From the IMG/VR virus record IMGVR_UViG_3300029709_000016: a stretch of 57,842 nucleotides of DNA; one strand, written 5' to 3'. The notes under the pieces were generated by a model. It saw only the letters and a list, made by a program, of their open reading frames with translations, did not search any database and was not told where the DNA came from. The position numbers and the translations under genes are program-made. Below are positions 53,225 to 57,842 of the stretch, piece by piece. The DNA comes from a virus. Each line of letters starts with the position of its first letter. The stretch's first letter is position 1.

Positions 53225-53632
53225 ATGGAAGATAGATATTTATTCAAGGCTAAGAGAGTTGACGATGGAGAATGGGTTACAGGCTCTTTAATTACTTGTG
53301 AAGATGGAACATGCAAGGTTGCGACAAGTTGTTTAGAGGGTAAAGCTGATGAACCAATACTTGTGTGTGCTTATGATGTGGACAGAGACACCATCTGTCA
53401 ATGCACAGGCTTAAAAGATAAGAATGGCAAGCTGATTTGGGAGAATGATATTGTTGTTTATCGTGATGTCACAGAAGAAAAATATGTGATTGCGTGGAAA
53501 CAGGATGAAGCTTGTTTTGAATATCAGCAATATGGTTGTTCAATAATGAATTTTGAGCAATTAAGTGGTTGTGAAATTGAAGTTATTGGCAACATATTTG
53601 ACAATTATGAATTATTAGAAAGTGAGGAATAA
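53225..53632 (+). CDS. YopX-family protein, copy 2
   Basis: Same family motifs. The 3-prime 202 nt are near-identical to copy 1. Confidence 0.75.
   Translation: MEDRYLFKAKRVDDGEWVTGSLITCEDGTCKVATSCLEGKADEPILVCAYDVDRDTICQCTGLKDKNGKLIWENDIVVYRDVTEEKYVIAWKQDEACFEYQQYGCSIMNFEQLSGCEIEVIGNIFDNYELLESEE
53393..53594 (+). repeat. 202-bp direct repeat with 50859-51060 (YopX 3-prime halves)
   Basis: Hand alignment shows about a dozen mismatches. The offset is 2534 bp. Confidence 0.8.
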
Positions 53633-53633
53633 T

Positions 53634-54095
53634 ATGGCAAAAATATTTAGATTTAGCGGCTATTTAGTTTCCAATCGTGAAAATATTTCACTAGAAGATA
53701 TATATGATGACATAAGTAATGTGGGATATGCTGAAAACTGGCAACAGTTACATATCGAAGAGTCGGAAGAATTTAATCTTGATGGCGAAGATAAGTCAAA
53801 CTGTGACCTTGCGTTACTCACAAGGCATTTTAAGGCAGATAACATCAGTACAGAATTTGACAGACCTTTACCACAGAAAGGCGAGAAATATAAGCATTTC
53901 AAGATTGGCAAGATTGTTACTATTATCGGTATTTCAAGGCACACAGAAACAGAGGAAATATCAGTTGTATATGAACATGAGGGACATATCTGGAATAGAC
54001 CTCTTGAAATGTTTATGAGTGAAGTTGATAAGGAAAAATATCCTAATGCAGAACAGAAATACAGATTTGAATTAGCAGAAAGTGAGGAAAATTAG
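53634..54095 (+). CDS. DUF1653-like domain protein
   Basis: C-terminus YKHFKIGKIVTIIGISRHTETEEISVVYEHEGHIWNRPLEMF. Confidence 0.5.
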   Translation: MAKIFRFSGYLVSNRENISLEDIYDDISNVGYAENWQQLHIEESEEFNLDGEDKSNCDLALLTRHFKADNISTEFDRPLPQKGEKYKHFKIGKIVTIIGISRHTETEEISVVYEHEGHIWNRPLEMFMSEVDKEKYPNAEQKYRFELAESEEN

Positions 54096-54527
54096 ATGAA
54101 TCGTGTAATTTTATGCGGGAGACTGACTAGAGAACCAGAGGTCAGATATTCGCAGACAGCAAACGGAAGTATGGCAGTAGCACGGTACACATTAGCTGTT
54201 GACAGAGCTTTTAAGAAAGAGGGCGAACAGGCAGCAGACTTTATTAACTGTATCGCATTTGGCAAGAATGGAGAGTTTGCGGAGAAGTATCTTCATCAGG
54301 GGACTAAGATTATCGTTGAGGGTAGATGGCAGACAGGCAATTACACTAACAAGGACGGACAGAAAGTCTACACTGATGATTGCGTTGTTGAAAGACATGA
54401 ATTTTGTGAAAGTCGTGCTAATCAGCAGAACAATAATAACAATGGAATTATGGGCGGTAATGCTAGTTCAGACGGCTTTATGTCAATTCCAGATGGCGTA
54501 GCTGATGAGGGATTACCATTTAATTAA
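54096..54527 (+). CDS. ssb: single-stranded DNA-binding protein
   Basis: MNRVILCGRLTREPEVRY..ADFINCIAFGK.AE.....G..I.VEGR, and an acidic tail DEGLPF. Confidence 0.85.
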   Translation: MNRVILCGRLTREPEVRYSQTANGSMAVARYTLAVDRAFKKEGEQAADFINCIAFGKNGEFAEKYLHQGTKIIVEGRWQTGNYTNKDGQKVYTDDCVVERHEFCESRANQQNNNNNGIMGGNASSDGFMSIPDGVADEGLPFN

Positions 54528-54539
54528 AGAGGTGTGAGT

Positions 54540-54806
54540 ATGAAAGAGAATGAAGCAAACACAATCTTGAAAGCAGAGATAGTACATCATCCAGAGTGTT
54601 CAATTTTTGCAGAAGCGCTTGGTCTTGCAATACAGGCACTTGAAAAGCGGATACCAAAAAAGCCTATAGAAAATGATACTAATAGTTTCGATTGCCCTTG
54701 TTGTAAATATGATTTAAAAACGGACACAGGAAACCCGTTTGGAGATTATTTTTTGCGTTATTGTGATAATTGCGGTCAAATGATAGATTGGAGTGATGAA
54801 ATTTGA
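54540..54806 (+). CDS. Cys-cluster protein (88 aa)
   Basis: CPCCKY..CDNCG. RBS agaggtg. Confidence 0.45.
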   Translation: MKENEANTILKAEIVHHPECSIFAEALGLAIQALEKRIPKKPIENDTNSFDCPCCKYDLKTDTGNPFGDYFLRYCDNCGQMIDWSDEI

Positions 54807-55396
54807 ATTATCAAAGCATTAGGCAGGCAAAAGCGATTGAACAGAACAATAAAAAACGTTTATTAGAAGTCAATCCAAAGCTTGACGAGGAGAGCGGCAT
54901 ATACTTTTTGACACGAATTGATGAAAACGGATTCAAGTATGCCTATATCGGGCAGGCTGTACATATTCTGACAAGGCTTGCACAGCACCTTGTCGGATAC
55001 CAACATATTGACCTTTCACTCAAAAAGCACAAATTGTACTCAAAAAGCAATCCTTGTGGCTGGAAGATAGGATTTCTGCATTTTCCTAAGTCGGAACTGG
55101 ATAAGCAGGAACAGCATTATATCAAAGCATATGCCGATTATGGTTATCAGTTGCGAAATAAAACAAGCGGTTCGCAGGGAGAGGGAAAAGCACAGATTGA
55201 TGATTACAAGCCGTCTAAAGGCTACCATGACGGCATACAGCAGGGTAAAAAGGTGTTAGCAAGGGAATTATCCTCTATCGCAAAAAAGCACCTTATAATC
55301 CGCTTAAAGCCCGAAAAAGAGCATAACAAGGTGTCACAGAAGCAGTATGAGAAATTTATGGATTTGCTGAAAGCGGGTGAAAGTGATGAGCAGTAA
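54803..55396 (+). CDS. GIY-YIG nuclease domain protein
   Basis: SGIYFLTRID..YAYIGQAVHILTRLAQH..EQHYIKAY. Confidence 0.6.
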   Translation: MNYQSIRQAKAIEQNNKKRLLEVNPKLDEESGIYFLTRIDENGFKYAYIGQAVHILTRLAQHLVGYQHIDLSLKKHKLYSKSNPCGWKIGFLHFPKSELDKQEQHYIKAYADYGYQLRNKTSGSQGEGKAQIDDYKPSKGYHDGIQQGKKVLARELSSIAKKHLIIRLKPEKEHNKVSQKQYEKFMDLLKAGESDEQ

Positions 55397-56198
55397 GTTA
55401 CACAAAATACCGCATTTTAATTCTTACGATGATATAAGAGTTGAAATGCAAAACGATTTACAGTACAGGCTTGCGAATAGAACGGATGAAACATCTCTTG
55501 GTAGGCCTTTATATTATCGAATAAATGTACAATTGATATTAACACAGGAATGTCCTTATAACTGTCCGTTCTGCTTAGAGAGGAAGAACCCTATGGCAGG
55601 AGAAAATGACTTTGATAATCAGATTGAATCATTGAAAGCAATTTTGAGCGAACATCCTAACGCAAGACTTACAATAACAGGTGGAGAGCCGGGACTTTAT
55701 CCACAGCATATTAAACAGCTTGTAGATATATACAACGAACTTAGCAACAATGTTTTTTGTTCTGTAAACACAGCAGGATATACAAGAGAGTTAAACGGAT
55801 TATGCCACATAAATTTGTCTCATAACGATTATGTACACGCAAATCCGAGCAACTTCCCTAACTGTACATTGCAGACTGTTGTGGAAAATCCAAGCATAGA
55901 TTTTATAAAGGAATTTATGCACAAAGACGCTGACAGCTTTTCATTCAGATTTTTAAGTGGTCTTGAAAAGAAAGATTATCCTGTAAAAATATGGAATGAT
56001 TTACAGAATGATGATGATATTGATATTCATACCTTTAGAATTGGTGATTTCTTTGTATATGCAACATTTGACTATATGGGAAAACATGCAAGATTGACAT
56101 TAGGAGATATGTGGCAGCAGAGAAACAATGATTATAAAGATGGATACTCAAATATTATTATTCATCCCGATGGAACTATAGGAACTAATTGGAGATAA
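55386..56198 (+). CDS. radical SAM domain protein (compact, stand-alone)
   Basis: CPYNCPFC (CxxxCxxC) followed by LTITGGEPGL. Confidence 0.7.
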   Translation: MSSKLHKIPHFNSYDDIRVEMQNDLQYRLANRTDETSLGRPLYYRINVQLILTQECPYNCPFCLERKNPMAGENDFDNQIESLKAILSEHPNARLTITGGEPGLYPQHIKQLVDIYNELSNNVFCSVNTAGYTRELNGLCHINLSHNDYVHANPSNFPNCTLQTVVENPSIDFIKEFMHKDADSFSFRFLSGLEKKDYPVKIWNDLQNDDDIDIHTFRIGDFFVYATFDYMGKHARLTLGDMWQQRNNDYKDGYSNIIIHPDGTIGTNWR

Positions 56199-56215
56199 GA
56201 AAGTAGGCGAAAACA

Positions 56216-56485
56216 ATGCTAATTCCGAAAGTTAAAGCCAAAGAATTTGAAAAATTCGGATTTAAGAAATGTAAGGGCGAATATGGAAAGAACGGTTGTT
56301 ATTATCTTTGCGTTTCAAGGGGGTGCAAAATGCTTTTTGTGAGCAGTGCGATTTTCGATGTTAATGATTGGATAAATAATGACCCGAGAATACACAAAGA
56401 CGCAAATTGCCAATACAGGGACCACAGGACATATCTTGATATTATCTACGAACTTATTAAGGCGGATATGCTTGAAAGCAGGTGA
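56216..56485 (+). CDS. hypothetical protein (89 aa)
   Basis: RBS aagtagg. Confidence 0.5.
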   Translation: MLIPKVKAKEFEKFGFKKCKGEYGKNGCYYLCVSRGCKMLFVSSAIFDVNDWINNDPRIHKDANCQYRDHRTYLDIIYELIKADMLESR

Positions 56486-56491
56486 TTCAGA

Positions 56492-56632
56492 ATGAATGAT
56501 TGTAAAGGCTGTAGATACAAAAACAGCACAGATATAGAGGTACATTTAGAATTTTGTACAAATTGTAAAAGAGCCTATTCCAATGAAGAAGATAGAGAAT
56601 TTCACGAAGATAGGTATGAAACTGTAGATTAA
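56492..56632 (+). CDS. small zinc-ribbon-like protein (46 aa)
   Basis: CKGC..CTNC. SD aggtgattcag. Confidence 0.35.
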   Translation: MNDCKGCRYKNSTDIEVHLEFCTNCKRAYSNEEDREFHEDRYETVD

Positions 56633-56658
56633 AAATCAAAGAAAGTAGGTGATTTAGA

Positions 56659-56934
56659 ATGAAGATTTTAAGCAAGAAGAAATACAACAAACTCATTGAA
56701 GATTTTGAGGAATTGCAGAAAAAGGTCGAAGAACTCAAAAGGATAAACGAGAGTATCGGGAAAAAGCTGGAAGATAAAAAGACAAGTTGCAAATTGAACA
56801 ATGGTAAGGATTTCTGCTTTAAATGCGAAAACTCTTACAGATATAAGACATATTGGAGAGGGATAGAAATCGAAAAATGCGGTTGTTTGCTTGATGTACC
56901 TTGCGAGAGTTTTAAAAGAAAAGAAAACGACTAA
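56659..56934 (+). CDS. hypothetical protein (91 aa) with C-terminal Cys cluster
   Basis: SD aagtaggtgatttag. The same intergenic string recurs at 56936-56963. Confidence 0.5.
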   Translation: MKILSKKKYNKLIEDFEELQKKVEELKRINESIGKKLEDKKTSCKLNNGKDFCFKCENSYRYKTYWRGIEIEKCGCLLDVPCESFKRKEND

Positions 56935-56963
56935 CTAAAAATCAAAGAAAGCAGGTGATTCAG

Positions 56964-57131
56964 TTGAAAGATAACCAGTGCAGAGCTTACAAACACACAT
57001 ACAAATGCCCGAAAGACAAGTGCGACGGCTGTCATCGGCGCATGAGCAGATTCTATTTGATACAGGAAATCGTAGAAATTTTGATGAAATCAGACACACC
57101 AGTAGGAGTTAAAACATGGACAGACAAATGA
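56964..57131 (+). CDS. small Cys-rich protein (55 aa)
   Basis: TTG after aagcaggtgattcag. CRAYKHTYKCPKDKCDGCH. Confidence 0.35.
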   Translation: MKDNQCRAYKHTYKCPKDKCDGCHRRMSRFYLIQEIVEILMKSDTPVGVKTWTDK

Positions 57132-57842
57132 CTTTATTTGACTTTATGAGAGAGCCAGTTTCCATAACGAAGCCTATTCGATTAATAGAGCTTTTTGCTG
57201 GTTATGGAAGTCAAGCTATGGCGCTAAAGAGAATAGGTGCTAAATTTGAGCATTACAGAGTTGTGGAGTTTAATAAGTATGCTATAGCAAGCTATAACGC
57301 AGTGCACGGCACAGATTTTCCTACAATGGATATAACTAAGGTTCATGCAGAAGATTTGAATATCTGCGACACAAATGCATTCACTTACTTACTTACTTAC
57401 TCATTTCCTTGTACGGATTTATCAGTTGCTGGGAAACAAGCCGGAATGTCTAAGGGCAGCGGCACAAGAAGCGGTCTGTTGTGGGAAGTTGAGAGAATAC
57501 TAACAGAAATCAGAGATAGCAACGGAGAATTGCCACAGATTTTATTCATGGAGAATGTGCCACAAGTACATAGTCAGGATAATATGCCTGATTTTAGAAA
57601 GTGGATAGATTTCCTTGAAAGCCTTGGCTACACAAATTACTATCAAGATTTAAACGCTAAAAATTATGGGGTAGCACAAAATCGTGAAAGGTGTTTTATG
57701 TTTTCATTCCTGGGCGAGTACAATTACCATTTTCCACAGCCTATACCACTCAAAAAGAAGTTGAAAGACTATCTTGAGGATAATGTAGATGAAAAGTATT
57801 ACATCAACAATGAAAAGGCTGGCAAACTGATAAAACAGCTTA
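57116..57842 (+). pseudogene. DNA (cytosine-5)-methyltransferase, N-terminal catalytic half (continues across the junction to base 143)
   Basis: ATG at 57116. Translation contains IELFAGYGS (motif I), SFPCTDLS (motif IV), FMENVPQV (motif VI) and AQNRERCF (motif VIII). The frame runs off the window end and resumes at base 3. Confidence 0.9.

Overview
Complete, circularly closed genome of a temperate, siphovirus-type tailed phage. Unit length is 57,731 bp; bases 1-111 repeat 57732-57842. The host is probably a Gram-positive, spore-forming Clostridia-like bacterium (AGGAGG-type RBSs, lipoboxes, GH25 lysin); this host call is inference. Nearly all genes are on the + strand. Gene order: a CI-like repressor (41449-41814, minus) and divergent consensus early promoter, then antirepressor, OB-fold protein, SbcC-like ATPase, a DGR cassette, RecT, MBL-fold hydrolase, two YopX genes, SSB, GIY-YIG, radical SAM and a C5-methyltransferase that crosses the junction. 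Next come the replisome organizer and G39P-like loader, a large serine integrase (3982-5343), and a terminator-bounded cargo cluster of Q-, Cys- and Tyr/Arg-rich proteins plus a BclA-C-terminal-like protein (5506-8516). These are followed by RHH, Rha, metallopeptidase, YbjQ and AP2 genes and a mixed-strand island of small self-promoted genes (12.05-15.5 kb). The late region runs terS, MazG, tRNA-Gln, a ~555-nt structured non-coding gap, tRNA-Tyr, terL, portal, scaffold, capsid, connector, holin, tail genes with a canonical -1 G/GT frameshift, a 1414-aa tape measure, tail fibre and GH25 endolysin. Four items stand out. (i) A complete diversity-generating retroelement (two tandem target genes, avd, TR, RT; 47139-49955) sits inside the early recombination operon, with strictly adenine-specific TR/VR differences. 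(ii) A large structured RNA candidate lies between the two tRNAs, a ROOL/GOLLD-like context. (iii) A multispecific C5-methyltransferase is interrupted at or beside two hypermutable tracts, (GAGCA)8 and G9. (iv) A possible spore-surface cargo cassette lies next to the integrase. All calls come from reading the sequence and the ORF track; no database search was run.
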